Source of the DNA: Escherichia phage vB_EcoM_VR20
DNA length: 64,000 nt
Sequence record: NC_028894.1
Direction: 5' to 3' (one strand)
Shown: one piece after another, positions 37,217 through 47,762 of the stretch
How the letters are laid out: every line of letters starts with the position of its first letter
Position numbering within the stretch: position 1 is the stretch's first letter
Program-made: the position numbers and the translations under genes
Notes under the pieces: model-generated
Told to the model about the DNA's origin: nothing
The model's input: the letters and a program-made list of their open reading frames with translations, nothing else
Database searches by the model: none

Positions 37217-37510
37217 TCAGCTGTAACGATAACACTCGTTTGATTTACGTTTTGCGACACGATGAGAAGTATTATAATCCAAATCATCCTCAACGTATAC
37301 ATCTTTTTTCAACTGACGAACTTCTTTACGCAGTTGACGATTCATCTCATTCTTGACTTCTGAATCAACGCCACGCATACGCTTCCATTTGTCTGAACGG
37401 AAGATATTTTCTTCAACTTGTTCCTGACTTACACCATCAGGCGCCTGACGACGCCCTGAATAATAAAAATCTTTTACAGACAATTCTTTGCGACGAATAG
37501 TTTTACCCAT
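37217..37510 (-). CDS. small basic hypothetical protein
   Basis: 97-aa ORF. Confidence 0.4.
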   Translation of the reverse strand: MGKTIRRKELSVKDFYYSGRRQAPDGVSQEQVEENIFRSDKWKRMRGVDSEVKNEMNRQLRKEVRQLKKDVYVEDDLDYNTSHRVAKRKSNECYRYS

Positions 37511-37512
37511 AG

Positions 37513-37767
37513 TTACCTCAGCAGTTTGTATCCAATAAGATTTTTAATGTACTGGATATCTTTGACATCCAAATCCAACTTAAGGTCTTTCAGACGGTCA
37601 CCCAGGGTCAAAAAGGTTACATGTTTCCAATTCTTCACTGGGCAACAATAAGTCTTAGGACCATTTGCAATTTCAATATTCTTATCAGTGACGGTGATAA
37701 AAATCAAACGTTCATCATCAAGATTAAGGGTGGCGACATTTTTCATTGAATGCAATTTCAGGCTCAT
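37513..37767 (-). CDS. small hypothetical protein
   Basis: 84-aa ORF. Confidence 0.4.
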   Translation of the reverse strand: MSLKLHSMKNVATLNLDDERLIFITVTDKNIEIANGPKTYCCPVKNWKHVTFLTLGDRLKDLKLDLDVKDIQYIKNLIGYKLLR

Positions 37768-37769
37768 AA

Positions 37770-37940
37770 TTTAATTTCCTTAGCTATCGAACAAAATACA
37801 CCACGGTCACAAATCATTTTAATATTAAGGTCAATTATGGTATACCACACATCCAGGCTAGATATTTCAGTTACTAGAACAGCTTTGCCGTTGATTGAAT
37901 AATACTGGTTGACTTTAATTTCTTTATCTTGGATAGTCAT
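37770..37940 (-). CDS. small hypothetical protein, not in the ORF track
   Basis: Hand translation MTIQDKEIKVNQYYSINGKAVLVTEISSLDV...; sits directly downstream of a family promoter and GAGGA site. Confidence 0.35.
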
Positions 37941-37971
37941 AATGTTTTCCTCATCAGTAGTTGATGGGATA

Positions 37972-38000
37972 ATGATACACCATTCAAAGGGGCTTGTACA
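37972..38000 (-). promoter_or_regulatory. sigma70-type early promoter, -35 TGTACA, 17-bp spacer, -10 TATCAT, conserved TATCCCATCAACTACTGATGAGGA leader
   Basis: Minus-strand motif upstream of the 37940 start. Confidence 0.5.
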
Positions 38001-38008
38001 CCCCTTTT

Positions 38009-38326
38009 TTAATCTTCAATTAAGTCCTGGTCATACCCCAGGGATATCAGTTTTGTTTTAAAGGCAGGAATATTGGTCATTTTTTCATCATTGACAAAAA
38101 TCACCGGGTAACGAATGTTAAGGGTAGGATATCCAGCACGCTTAGCCAGAGACACGATTAAAGGCCTGTCATAAGCGATTTCAGAGCCTTGTTTGTTAAG
38201 GACTGAATAGAATGTATAAGGAAGGTTTAAGGAGCCCAGAAGGCTCCTGACGTGCATACAACCAGGGCATCGACCGACTTCTTCGGGGATACCATAGATT
38301 TCAATCTTAGTCGAGTTTTGGCCCAC
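38009..38326 (-). CDS. nrdH: glutaredoxin-like protein, NrdH-like
   Basis: 105 aa; CPGC redox motif near N-terminus; located beside nrdG and nrdD. Confidence 0.55.
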   Translation of the reverse strand: MGQNSTKIEIYGIPEEVGRCPGCMHVRSLLGSLNLPYTFYSVLNKQGSEIAYDRPLIVSLAKRAGYPTLNIRYPVIFVNDEKMTNIPAFKTKLISLGYDQDLIED

Positions 38327-38618
38327 AGGAAATCACTCCTTGGTAGTCCCAGGTTTTTAGAACTTCTTCACAAACAGCTTCGTCATCAACAGTTTCATAA
38401 GGAACATAAATCTGAATAAGAAATCCGGTATCGTCGAAGCTGAAATAAACCGTCGGTTTGATTCCGTGAATCTCTGATAGAGCATAGATGTCTTTAAGGT
38501 CTTCTTCCTTATCGACAAAGAATTCCGGGTTCAGGTCACAGTCGTGGAAGTACCATTCATCACCGAACTTGTCCCACGCGGTCCAATTAGTAGTTACATA
38601 TTCTTCAAAACGTTTCAT
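38307..38618 (-). CDS. hypothetical acidic protein
   Basis: 103-aa ORF. Confidence 0.4.
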   Translation of the reverse strand: MKRFEEYVTTNWTAWDKFGDEWYFHDCDLNPEFFVDKEEDLKDIYALSEIHGIKPTVYFSFDDTGFLIQIYVPYETVDDEAVCEEVLKTWDYQGVISCGPKLD

Positions 38619-38854
38619 TCTTTCACCTTCATCATTTTTGCGATGGTACTATGGATAGCCTGGATTCGTTTGTTGAATTCAGAGCTTTCGAGGCCAGGAT
38701 TGGTGCTTAACCAACCGATGATAACAAACAGCAAACCAAACGGGATGGCCAGAATAAGCAGACAAACGATGAACAAAACAAGCGTTATGTTTGCCAGAAT
38801 ATCTGCTGCAGCATTACGAAATTTATCCATATTTACCCTTAATTGATTAACCAA
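38615..38854 (-). CDS. small membrane protein
   Basis: 79-aa ORF with long hydrophobic segment. Confidence 0.4.
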   Translation of the reverse strand: MVNQLRVNMDKFRNAAADILANITLVLFIVCLLILAIPFGLLFVIIGWLSTNPGLESSEFNKRIQAIHSTIAKMMKVKE

Positions 38855-38944
38855 GCATTGATAAGCACTAAACTATACTGCGAATAAAATTCTGGACCAA
38901 AATGAAAAATCATATCATTTATAGTACCCATAATGTAATTCAAT

Positions 38945-39415
38945 TTAATCATGTTTCCACACCCCATCGGTATTTGACCAAAGTCGCTGATTATCTGACC
39001 CTCGCCACAGTTTTTTGGTCGGAAGATTTTTCTCATACTTCCCATCAATAATAACATCAACATATTTAAGCATTTCTAGTTGTTTAATATCTTCAAACTT
39101 ATATCCTGTCCACATCCAAATGCTTTTATTGGGATAAAGATTTTTAATAGTTTGAACCACAGAGTGAATAACATCTCGGTTATCAGGATAGAGAGGGTCT
39201 CCTCCAGTTATAGTTAATCCTTCTATATAATCATTATTCAAACATTCAATTAATTGTTCTAGTGTTTCACCAGTGAATGGAACGCCATTTCTAGCATTCC
39301 ATGTTGATTTATTATAACACCCTTCGCATTTATGCAAACAACCTGTAACGAAAAGAACGACCCTACATCCAGGGCCATTCACAAAATCGCAAGGATAAAT
39401 TCTATCATAATTCAT
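38945..39415 (-). CDS. nrdG: anaerobic ribonucleotide reductase activating protein (radical SAM)
   Basis: 156 aa; CxxxCxxC-type cluster motif (GCLHKCEGC). Confidence 0.85.
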   Translation of the reverse strand: MNYDRIYPCDFVNGPGCRVVLFVTGCLHKCEGCYNKSTWNARNGVPFTGETLEQLIECLNNDYIEGLTITGGDPLYPDNRDVIHSVVQTIKNLYPNKSIWMWTGYKFEDIKQLEMLKYVDVIIDGKYEKNLPTKKLWRGSDNQRLWSNTDGVWKHD

Positions 39416-41229
39416 TGATGTTTAACCCTATGCATGATTTCTTTATTTTTGCCGAGATTAAATCCACGTTCGTTCGGATTCCCTAAATAGCCGCATGTTC
39501 TTCTTATTGTGTTCATCTTTTTAGGGTCAGTTTCTCCACAAATAGAACAAACAAATCCGTTTTCAGTAGGAGTCATTTCATGGGTACTTCCACACGTAAA
39601 ACATTTATCTACTGGCATATTAACACCAAAATAATCTAAATGTTGTGCAGCATAATCCCATACAGCCTCAAGACCTTTTAAGTTATTTTTCATATCAGGA
39701 AGTTCAACATAAGAAATGTGACCGCCTGTCGCAATGAAATGATATGGGGCTTCACGAGAAATCTTTTCAAACGGGGTAATATTTTCTTCTACTGAAACAT
39801 GGAAACTGTTAGTGTACCAGCCTTTATCGGTAACATCTTTTACACTTCCGTATTTTTCGGTATCAAGTTTACAGAAGCGATAGCACAGGTTTTCAGCAGG
39901 AGTAGAATACAAACTAAAAGCAAATCCGGTTCTTTCAGTCCACTGCTTAAGACGAGCATTCATTTTAGTTAAAATTTCTTGTCCAATATCACGACCGACA
40001 AGAATATTCAATTCGTGAATACCAATGTATCCCAAAGACACTGAACTTCTACCGTTTTTAAATAACTCAATTATATCGTCATCAGGTTTAAGACGAACCC
40101 CGAATGCACCTTCTTGGTAAAGAATAGGAGCAACAGTCGCTTTAACTCCTTTTAAGGAACTAATTCTACACATCAAAGCTTCAAAACATAAATCCATTCG
40201 CTCATTGAACAATTCAGTAAATTTCTGTTCATTGAACTGTGTTCCAATATAAGAATCTAACGCAATACGAGGAAGATTTAATGTTACAACACCAAGATTA
40301 TTACGTCCATCAAGAATTTCATTACCAGTCGAATCTTTCCATACGCCCAAGAAACTACGACAACCCATTGGAGAAACAGGAATAGATGAACCAGTGATAG
40401 CTTTGTTATTCTTAGCTGAAATGATATCAGGATACATTCTTTTGCTTGCACACTCTAAAGCAAGCTGCTTAATATCATAGTTTGGGTCGTCTTTATAAAG
40501 ATTAACACCTTCTTCAACGAACATAACAAGTTTAGGGAAAATAGGAGTTATCCCATCACGACCAAGACCTTTAATACGATTTTTCAGAATTGCTTTCTGA
40601 ATCATTCGTTCAGTCCAGTCAGTTCCAGTACCAAATGTAATTGTCACAAAAGGAGTCTGACCATTTGAACTAAAGAGAGTATTTACTTCATATTCATAAG
40701 CTTGGAATGCATCATATACGTCTTTTTCTGTTTTAGATTGAGCATAATTCAACGCATCAGTGATTTGCCATTTTTCCGCGTCCTCAATATGTTTCGCATA
40801 GGTACGTTTAACATAAGGAGAAAGTACTTTATCTACATTCGCAAAAGTCGTTCCGCCATATTGATGGGAAGCAACCTGTGCAGTAATTTGTGCCATAATT
40901 GCAGTAGCAACACTGATTGATTTAGGAGTTTCAATCTGTGCATTACCGAGCTTAAACCCGTTCTCAAGCATTCCTTTTAAATCTACTAAACAGCAATTAG
41001 TAAATGGAAGAGCAGGGGAATAATCAATATCATGGAAATGAATAATTCCGCTTTCATGTGCTTTCATAATAAAAGACGCGACCATATTTTTGGCAATGTG
41101 TTTAGATACAATACCAGCCATAAGGTCACGTTGGGTTGGAAAAACACGAGAATCTTTATTAGCATTCTCGTTTAAAAGGTCTTTATTAGTTTTATGAATC
41201 AATCCTTCAATTTCGTTTTCAATTGTCAT
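39412..41229 (-). CDS. nrdD: anaerobic ribonucleoside-triphosphate reductase
   Basis: 605 aa; C-terminal CxxC zinc site and RRTCGYLG glycyl-radical motif; uninterrupted ORF. Confidence 0.9.
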   Translation of the reverse strand: MTIENEIEGLIHKTNKDLLNENANKDSRVFPTQRDLMAGIVSKHIAKNMVASFIMKAHESGIIHFHDIDYSPALPFTNCCLVDLKGMLENGFKLGNAQIETPKSISVATAIMAQITAQVASHQYGGTTFANVDKVLSPYVKRTYAKHIEDAEKWQITDALNYAQSKTEKDVYDAFQAYEYEVNTLFSSNGQTPFVTITFGTGTDWTERMIQKAILKNRIKGLGRDGITPIFPKLVMFVEEGVNLYKDDPNYDIKQLALECASKRMYPDIISAKNNKAITGSSIPVSPMGCRSFLGVWKDSTGNEILDGRNNLGVVTLNLPRIALDSYIGTQFNEQKFTELFNERMDLCFEALMCRISSLKGVKATVAPILYQEGAFGVRLKPDDDIIELFKNGRSSVSLGYIGIHELNILVGRDIGQEILTKMNARLKQWTERTGFAFSLYSTPAENLCYRFCKLDTEKYGSVKDVTDKGWYTNSFHVSVEENITPFEKISREAPYHFIATGGHISYVELPDMKNNLKGLEAVWDYAAQHLDYFGVNMPVDKCFTCGSTHEMTPTENGFVCSICGETDPKKMNTIRRTCGYLGNPNERGFNLGKNKEIMHRVKHQ

Positions 41230-41699
41230 TTTAAACTCTTTCTAAGCTGCTTCTTAAATGAAGCCATTAATTGTGTTTTTGTGTCAGATTCATTATAAGT
41301 CATACCGTTCAAAAGCATTTCCCGAATCATTTCTTCTTTCCCCAGACGGCCAAACTCTTTGGCTTTGTCTGTTACAAAATTGGGGTGAATATTGTTTTCG
41401 GTATAATCAGATTTCAGATAGACAAGCAAACTCTCCAACCATTCCAGGTAGTCAACATTGCGACCTTTCAGACCCGAACGGCTGAACTTATGCTTCATTT
41501 GCCCTTCTGTTCCATTGCACAGATTGCATAGTAACCCGCGAACCTTACCAGCTTTTGGCCCGTTCAATTCGTGGTCATGGTCAAGATGGTTGGCCTGAAC
41601 ATCAGAGTCCAAATCACGGTGGCAAATTGGACACTTACCAGCTTGTGCATCATAAAGTTTTTGTTTTTCTTCTTTGTATAATTTGCCAGTCAACAACAT
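41226..41699 (-). CDS. 49: endonuclease VII (Holliday junction resolvase)
   Basis: 157 aa; CPICHRDL...HLDHDHE...CNLCN zinc and active-site motifs. Confidence 0.85.
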   Translation of the reverse strand: MLLTGKLYKEEKQKLYDAQAGKCPICHRDLDSDVQANHLDHDHELNGPKAGKVRGLLCNLCNGTEGQMKHKFSRSGLKGRNVDYLEWLESLLVYLKSDYTENNIHPNFVTDKAKEFGRLGKEEMIREMLLNGMTYNESDTKTQLMASFKKQLRKSLK

Positions 41700-41734
41700 A
41701 ATAAACCCTTACCATTATTAGATAAGGGTATTTA

Positions 41735-41920
41735 TTATTTTTCAAATGTGCTATAGAACGAACGATGCAACCGTTTAAATTGACGAATCATCTTTTTGGT
41801 AGGACGAGTATACAATCCCACACAGGTGGCCATAAACTGGTCAGTAGGACTTCCTTTGATAAGAAGTTTCCAGACCTTGTCACCGTTTAACTTTTCAGTA
41901 TAGACTAATTTAGTTTTCAT
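41735..41920 (-). CDS. small hypothetical protein
   Basis: 61-aa ORF. Confidence 0.35.
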   Translation of the reverse strand: MKTKLVYTEKLNGDKVWKLLIKGSPTDQFMATCVGLYTRPTKKMIRQFKRLHRSFYSTFEK

Positions 41921-42189
41921 TAAACAATCCTAAAACAAGGATAATGGCAGTCAACGTTACCATTATCAATTATCATATACTCAGTGATACAGGTCCATGA
42001 CCCTTCAATTTCTATGGTATCAAAAAGGTATTCATCTGTTTCAACAACGTCCCAAACATTACATTTAACATCAGGGTCAAAACGTTGTCTTAACGCCTGG
42101 ATAACATCGCCATTTTTAAATCCTGCGTCTTTAAGCTCTTTCATAAAACCTGATTGAGCAGCATGAATATTAACAATTTCTAAAAACAT
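41920..42189 (-). CDS. small hypothetical protein
   Basis: 89-aa ORF. Confidence 0.4.
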   Translation of the reverse strand: MFLEIVNIHAAQSGFMKELKDAGFKNGDVIQALRQRFDPDVKCNVWDVVETDEYLFDTIEIEGSWTCITEYMIIDNGNVDCHYPCFRIV

Positions 42190-42479
42190 TAAAAGACCTC
42201 ATCAGAAAAGCGGAGTTGAGCTTCAAGCCAATGAATATAGTCAGCTGCAGCAAAAATTAAAGCAGATTCTTCATCGGGTAACTTACGAGAATCCGACAAT
42301 TCGTAAAGCGAATGTTCAATCAGACGGCCTTTATGACGGCCAACTTCAATTTTGGTACTCATATCCAAACTCCATATCGATTAAATCATTGTTTGAAGGT
42401 TCATTATAATCTATTTCGGAATCGTTGTAAACAGGTTCCTCTGGCTCGACAGTTTCCCATCGAGCGGTATACCATGGTT

Positions 42480-42812
42480 TTATAGCGTAATCCATTCTCT
42501 GATAGTTTGGGTTACGACACGTTCTTGGAGCTTAACCAGCTCAACAGTCGGGACCATATGGTCCCAGTCAGTATGATAAGAGCCGGTACGAGTTTCGTTT
42601 ACAGCCACATGCACATTATGTTTTTTACTGAAATAAATTGCCTGGCGATATTGGTATTTGCCGGTTTGTGTCCATTCGCCTAATTCAACCGGAACCAGGT
42701 AGTCCGAAAATTCAAACTCGTATGATTCAGTAAACGCATCATGGTCTTCAATGATTTCGCTTAAAACAGCATCAACATCTAATTCATTTTCAATAGTCAT
42801 TGGTCGCTCCAA
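42480..42812 (-). CDS. hypothetical acidic protein
   Basis: 110-aa ORF. Confidence 0.4.
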   Translation of the reverse strand: MERPMTIENELDVDAVLSEIIEDHDAFTESYEFEFSDYLVPVELGEWTQTGKYQYRQAIYFSKKHNVHVAVNETRTGSYHTDWDHMVPTVELVKLQERVVTQTIREWITL

Positions 42813-43105
42813 TAGCTTGATACTTCAAAATCAGGCTCGCCGTTGTCCCAGTACCAAGGACCAACCGGATGCCAATCGCCATGCTTATCTTCTTCGTATA
42901 TTTCAGATTCAAGTCCAACATATTGCCATTGGACTTCATAAGCAGTGCCACCAATTACAACAGTGTTCTCACCGTACGGGTTAGCCACAGCAAAGTCAAT
43001 ACCTTCTTCTTTCGCCAGAGCTACCATGTATTCATAGAGTTTATATTCCAGGTCGTCTTCTTTACCGTCACCCAGATAAATTGTTTGTCCACTTAATTCA
43101 CTCAT
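42797..43105 (-). CDS. hypothetical acidic protein
   Basis: 102-aa ORF. Confidence 0.4.
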   Translation of the reverse strand: MSELSGQTIYLGDGKEDDLEYKLYEYMVALAKEEGIDFAVANPYGENTVVIGGTAYEVQWQYVGLESEIYEEDKHGDWHPVGPWYWDNGEPDFEVSSYWSDQ

Positions 43106-43291
43106 AATTCCACCATAAATTCGTCAATCATTTAAAGTTCCAGAATGAAGCACCAACCAGAAATAAAGGCCAACAAATCATTGACGTCAGCCACCAACAA
43201 AAATCACCTGCACCGAAATCATCTAATTTAGCTAGGGTCTTAGCATACCCAATACCAATGATAATATACAAAACACCCAACATTAATTCAA

Positions 43292-43555
43292 TCATTTGAA
43301 ATATTCTCGCAGTTCATTGAACCCACCAATATGACTTCCGTCCGGAGCAAACACTTGGGGCATAGTCAAGCCAATTTGAGATTCGCGACCAAGTGCAGCC
43401 AGGAGTTGAGCAATCTTCTCATCAGCAAACACACCTTTTTCTGGCATAACGTTGATGAATTCGTAAGGTTGTTTTTTAACATCCAAAAAACGTTTTGCAT
43501 TATCGCAGAATACACAGCGATGAATAGATGAATCATAACCATATACTTTAAACAT
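43292..43555 (-). CDS. nrdC: thioredoxin/glutaredoxin NrdC
   Basis: 87 aa; near-identical to T4 NrdC as I recall (MFKVYGYDS...CV.CDNAKR, LTMPQVFAPDGSHIGGF). Confidence 0.85.
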   Translation of the reverse strand: MFKVYGYDSSIHRCVFCDNAKRFLDVKKQPYEFINVMPEKGVFADEKIAQLLAALGRESQIGLTMPQVFAPDGSHIGGFNELREYFK

Positions 43556-43556
43556 A

Positions 43557-43814
43557 TTATTCCTTAATTCCTAATACTTGTTTGAAGGTCTCAGTATAAT
43601 CGGAGTATTGACCGGTTTGTTCTTTATGTTTGACCATAATACCATAAACATCTGAACGCATATTATTATATGAACGAGTTAAAGCAGATTTCAATACTGA
43701 ATAACTATCCGGAAGTTTACCGTGTTCTTTATAATAGGCCAGAGTTAATTCACGGACCGCCTTATCAGCAGTCTCAAGATATTCTTTACGCTTTGCCATT
43801 TTCTTCTCGCTCAA
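43557..43814 (-). CDS. small hypothetical protein
   Basis: 85-aa ORF. Confidence 0.4.
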   Translation of the reverse strand: MSEKKMAKRKEYLETADKAVRELTLAYYKEHGKLPDSYSVLKSALTRSYNNMRSDVYGIMVKHKEQTGQYSDYTETFKQVLGIKE

Positions 43815-44010
43815 ATCGGTGTTTACAATGTCTGCATTTATATTGAAGCGGAGAGCTACGCCAATAAGTCAATTGGACCTGTTCAGTTCCACATTCAGGG
43901 CAGTTCGGAACGTTTTTAGAAGCGCGTTCACGTCGTTCGACAATTTTAATAATCGCATTCCAATCAGGAATCCCGTATTCTGCAATGTCTTCTCTTAAAC
44001 GTTGTTTCAT
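43786..44010 (-). CDS. small zinc-ribbon protein
   Basis: 74 aa; CPECG...CRHCKH. Confidence 0.4.
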   Translation of the reverse strand: MKQRLREDIAEYGIPDWNAIIKIVERRERASKNVPNCPECGTEQVQLTYWRSSPLQYKCRHCKHRFEREENGKA

Positions 44011-44999
44011 TTCAGCAGCTCCAGAGCCTGCTCCAGTTTATCCAGACGATTGGTTGATTCTTCCCAAAGTCGCTTGACTTTTGTATAGTCTTCCGTTGCC
44101 TTTTTATTAACAGCAAGAGCTTCATTATACGCTGTTTCCAGGGCAACAATTTCAGGCGCTTTTTGTTTCACTGGTTCATTATTCAGATTATCAATCAGGT
44201 CTTCAAGGGTGGTAACTTCTTGCGGTGTATTCATAATTTCCTCATTTTTCTTTTTATAGATTTCTGCAATAGTTGGTTGTTTTGCGCATTTAACTTCGCG
44301 TAATGTCACCGCAATTTTCCAACCTTTCCAACCATGAGCACTGGTGATAGGGTCTACTTTAATTTTTTCAACAGTGCGCATATAATTAAGGGCACACTGT
44401 ACCTGATGAGTAAGAACACATGCAATATCAAGATACTTTTTAACATTTTCTGGGGTAGCTTGTGGAGTAAAGAACTCATACTTAACTGTAATAATTACCT
44501 GGTTTTCACCAGACTCTTTAACATTTATCATGTGCTCAGCCAGATGGGAGATAGTGCGAAAATCACCACCCATCAATTTTGTCGCTGATTTGATGATAGA
44601 CATTTTGTTATCTCTGAATTCACGTGCCCAGCAATTTGCGAATTCAGAAGCAGTATAGCCTTGTTTATCGAGATAGTATTTTTCAACATCACCAAACCAA
44701 TGATATCCAATTGTACCTTTACCGCGTCTGGATTCAACACCAAACTTATTAAGAAGGTCTTTATTAACCAGGTATGCCAGGACTCGGGAACCTTTAAAAG
44801 TTTTCTTGATATCATCGTTACCAGCACGACTCGCAATAGTTGCAATGTCTTTCTTGAAGCGGCCAGATGCAACAATCGTCGAGTCAATCTGATTTAACCA
44901 GAAATTGATAATTGAAAGGATAGCCGATTCACCTATTAATGGTTTTACTTTTGAATCGATAGTGGTGTTAAAGGCCTGGATATATTCATTACGTGTCAT
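44007..44999 (-). CDS. hypothetical protein with C-terminal coiled coil
   Basis: 330-aa ORF. Confidence 0.5.
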   Translation of the reverse strand: MTRNEYIQAFNTTIDSKVKPLIGESAILSIINFWLNQIDSTIVASGRFKKDIATIASRAGNDDIKKTFKGSRVLAYLVNKDLLNKFGVESRRGKGTIGYHWFGDVEKYYLDKQGYTASEFANCWAREFRDNKMSIIKSATKLMGGDFRTISHLAEHMINVKESGENQVIITVKYEFFTPQATPENVKKYLDIACVLTHQVQCALNYMRTVEKIKVDPITSAHGWKGWKIAVTLREVKCAKQPTIAEIYKKKNEEIMNTPQEVTTLEDLIDNLNNEPVKQKAPEIVALETAYNEALAVNKKATEDYTKVKRLWEESTNRLDKLEQALELLK

Positions 45000-45057
45000 A
45001 GTGTTCTCCTCATAAAGTAGGAATTCATTATACTCCCTCCATCCTTGGAAGTAAACA

Positions 45058-45990
45058 TTATTTTAATGCTTTGATTGCAGCTTGCAATTTATTGCGTTGT
45101 TTTTCCATGTTCTTGATGCGATTCAGAACATCCTGGATACCCTTTTTCTCATCTTCAATCAGACCATTTAAACGGTTGACTGATTCCTGGATAGTATCAG
45201 CATGATAGCTCTCAATAGGCTTCATCGTAGGGTTAGTAACCACTATAGAATTATAAGGTTTAATTTTCCACTGATACTGTTTGGAATCGAATGGACCAGG
45301 CACCGCGGTGGTTTTGAATTTGTCATAGGCTGCATACTGGCCTACGCTGTCACATGATACTGTAGAGGTAGCGATAGAGATACGTTCCATTTCTGGTTCC
45401 TTTTTCTCTTGATAAGGAGCATAAGACAAAAGATATTCTTTAGTTAATTTAATATCAATGGCTATAGTTTTAAGGAATTTTTCCGTTTGGTGGATATAAT
45501 TTGTATCTTCATCAAACGTGTACGATTCAACAGCATGGCGCATATAAAACAGCGCAATACCCATAACCTCTTTAAAGTTATGACAAAGAGCAACATCGCC
45601 CTTGGTGGTTGGTTTGAACTTAATCTGTACACCATCATTCTTGATATTGATAATCAAGTTGTCAGAGTTAAAATTATAGTTCTTGATGTTAACCGGAGCT
45701 TTGCGAATACGAAATCCGCCGGCCAGAATTTCCTTGATACTCTTACGAACCGTGGCACCAAACAAAAACGCTGGGCGGCGGCAGTAATCATTCAGAGAGT
45801 TAATTCTTACAATACGTTGGCCATACCCCTGGGTAGCAGAACCTGATTTGATTTTGCCAAAGTTAACCAAAGAATTCATTGCGATAAGACGAGTCACACG
45901 ACCGTCATGTGGTTCATAACTACTAGCATATTCAGCGCGAGTTTTAATTTTCATATCATAGTCCAAATAATTTTTCATAAAATTTAGCAA
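45058..45990 (-). CDS. hypothetical protein with C-terminal coiled coil
   Basis: 310-aa ORF. Confidence 0.5.
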   Translation of the reverse strand: MLNFMKNYLDYDMKIKTRAEYASSYEPHDGRVTRLIAMNSLVNFGKIKSGSATQGYGQRIVRINSLNDYCRRPAFLFGATVRKSIKEILAGGFRIRKAPVNIKNYNFNSDNLIINIKNDGVQIKFKPTTKGDVALCHNFKEVMGIALFYMRHAVESYTFDEDTNYIHQTEKFLKTIAIDIKLTKEYLLSYAPYQEKKEPEMERISIATSTVSCDSVGQYAAYDKFKTTAVPGPFDSKQYQWKIKPYNSIVVTNPTMKPIESYHADTIQESVNRLNGLIEDEKKGIQDVLNRIKNMEKQRNKLQAAIKALK

Positions 45991-46171
45991 TAGGCCAAAA
46001 CACCATCATAATTGCCCAAACAAACCAAAGCAGAGGCCATACTAGTGTAATGAATACTGCGTCATAGCTTGATTCAATTTCGATTGGATTCCAATCACCC
46101 GATTTATGAATGATAATGGTCGTTATGAATCCTAGCACAAAGTAAAGGAGAATAAAACCTACTATTTCCAT
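45956..46171 (-). CDS. small membrane protein
   Basis: 71-aa ORF with two hydrophobic segments. Confidence 0.4.
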   Translation of the reverse strand: MEIVGFILLYFVLGFITTIIIHKSGDWNPIEIESSYDAVFITLVWPLLWFVWAIMMVFWPIAKFYEKLFGL

Positions 46172-46257
46172 ATTAACCTACACGATATTTGAGAATATAA
46201 GCCACAGAATACCTGTGGCGACAATTACATAACCAAGAACAGCAAGCCATTCCATCA

Positions 46258-47106
46258 TTAATCCTTAAGCAATTCAATAACGTTCATCAGTTTTTGACGT
46301 TCAGCTTTTGCTGCACTGTTCAGTCCTGACAGGCGGAAAATTTCATCATCTTGTTGCTGGATGGTGATGTTAAGTTCTTCAATCTGTTTAGTGAAAAGCT
46401 CAATTTGCTCTGAATATTTTTCATTGCTTCGCACTGGAACAGGTTCCATTTTAGGAGCTTGCTCTGAAGGACTATCAACTACAACTCGGTCTTTAATTTG
46501 ACATAATTTAATACGCTGGACGCCTCCAGTTTTAACATCATAAAATACAAGAATTCCATGGGTCTCTAGTTCAGACAAAGCCAAACGGAGGTGGAATTTC
46601 CAGTTTTCGTATTGACATCCGCTAAAAGAAGAAATACTGTATTCGCCTTCATTTTGACCTTTAATAACATTAAATAGTTTGTAATCTAAAGAATTATTGG
46701 TTTTAAAGGTCATTTGTTTATCTTGACCGCTTGCCAGACGAGCACCAAGAGCTAATAAACGTCGTTGGTTAGTATGAAGGTCTTTGACCACTTCATCAAA
46801 TGTCATGGTGCTAATCGCACGACCATAAAGGTCATAACCTTTATTATAATTTTTAAGTAAAATTTTGGCATTAGCACGAGACAACATACCCGAACGTTGA
46901 AGAGATTTCATGACTCGGTCTTCTAATGTAAGCAAGCCCGTTGTTTTATTAAAGATTTTAGTGAATTCAGCAGAATTAGTACAAACATTGAACTTATTCC
47001 ACATCATATATAAAACATTTAAAACCACATCTTTAGTGCTCGGAATACTGTTAAATTTAACAACTTTTTTAACTTCAGAACGAATTTCATTAATTGCTTG
47101 TGACAT
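46258..47106 (-). CDS. hypothetical protein with C-terminal coiled coil
   Basis: 282-aa ORF. Confidence 0.5.
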   Translation of the reverse strand: MSQAINEIRSEVKKVVKFNSIPSTKDVVLNVLYMMWNKFNVCTNSAEFTKIFNKTTGLLTLEDRVMKSLQRSGMLSRANAKILLKNYNKGYDLYGRAISTMTFDEVVKDLHTNQRRLLALGARLASGQDKQMTFKTNNSLDYKLFNVIKGQNEGEYSISSFSGCQYENWKFHLRLALSELETHGILVFYDVKTGGVQRIKLCQIKDRVVVDSPSEQAPKMEPVPVRSNEKYSEQIELFTKQIEELNITIQQQDDEIFRLSGLNSAAKAERQKLMNVIELLKD

Positions 47107-47169
47107 ATTATTTTCCTCAATAGATTAATCAAAGGTCAGAACCATTATACCATCCTTGGTATAAAGCGT

Positions 47170-47694
47170 TTATGCGAGAACCGTCTTTAAACGCTCTTCA
47201 AACTTCTGAAGGAGTACATGGCGCTCTGCTCTTTGTTTGATATAGGTTTCAATACGCTCTGAAGTGAGATTGTATTGTTCATTAACTGATTCCCTCATGA
47301 ATTCAGGAATCTCTTTACATGCTTTGATTTCATTGAACTTATCAAGCACCGCTTGTTGTTCAGCAATCAGACCATCATAATATTGGATATCTGATTTGAT
47401 GTTTTGTACATCAGATTCAGTAGGCATATTTTTCTTTGCTCTTGCCGCTTGATATTCTGCATTAGTCTCTCTTGACCAGAACAAAGAGCGGTTTTTGTTG
47501 GTGTTTTTATATACATCAACAATACCAACTGAATCAACAGTCACAATCCAGTTCCAGGCGTTTTTATAAGTTTGACCACCTGATACTGTAATCTCACCCG
47601 CACAAGCAACATCATTAAAGAACTTGCTTTGCGCTTCTGATTTAAAATTACCATTATTGTAATTAATCAGATTAAAGATTGATTTAGCTTCCAT
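47170..47694 (-). CDS. hypothetical protein
   Basis: 174-aa ORF with family promoter upstream. Confidence 0.45.
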   Translation of the reverse strand: MEAKSIFNLINYNNGNFKSEAQSKFFNDVACAGEITVSGGQTYKNAWNWIVTVDSVGIVDVYKNTNKNRSLFWSRETNAEYQAARAKKNMPTESDVQNIKSDIQYYDGLIAEQQAVLDKFNEIKACKEIPEFMRESVNEQYNLTSERIETYIKQRAERHVLLQKFEERLKTVLA

Positions 47695-47762
47695 TTTATT
47701 CTCCAGTATTTGGTAACTCAGTATGGGAACATTATACGTCTATCCCCATACTATGTACACCT

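Noticed and set aside
39412-41229. Group I intron or homing endonuclease insertion in nrdD, as in T4
   Set aside because: nrdD is one uninterrupted 605-aa ORF with no intervening sequence, and nrdG abuts it directly.
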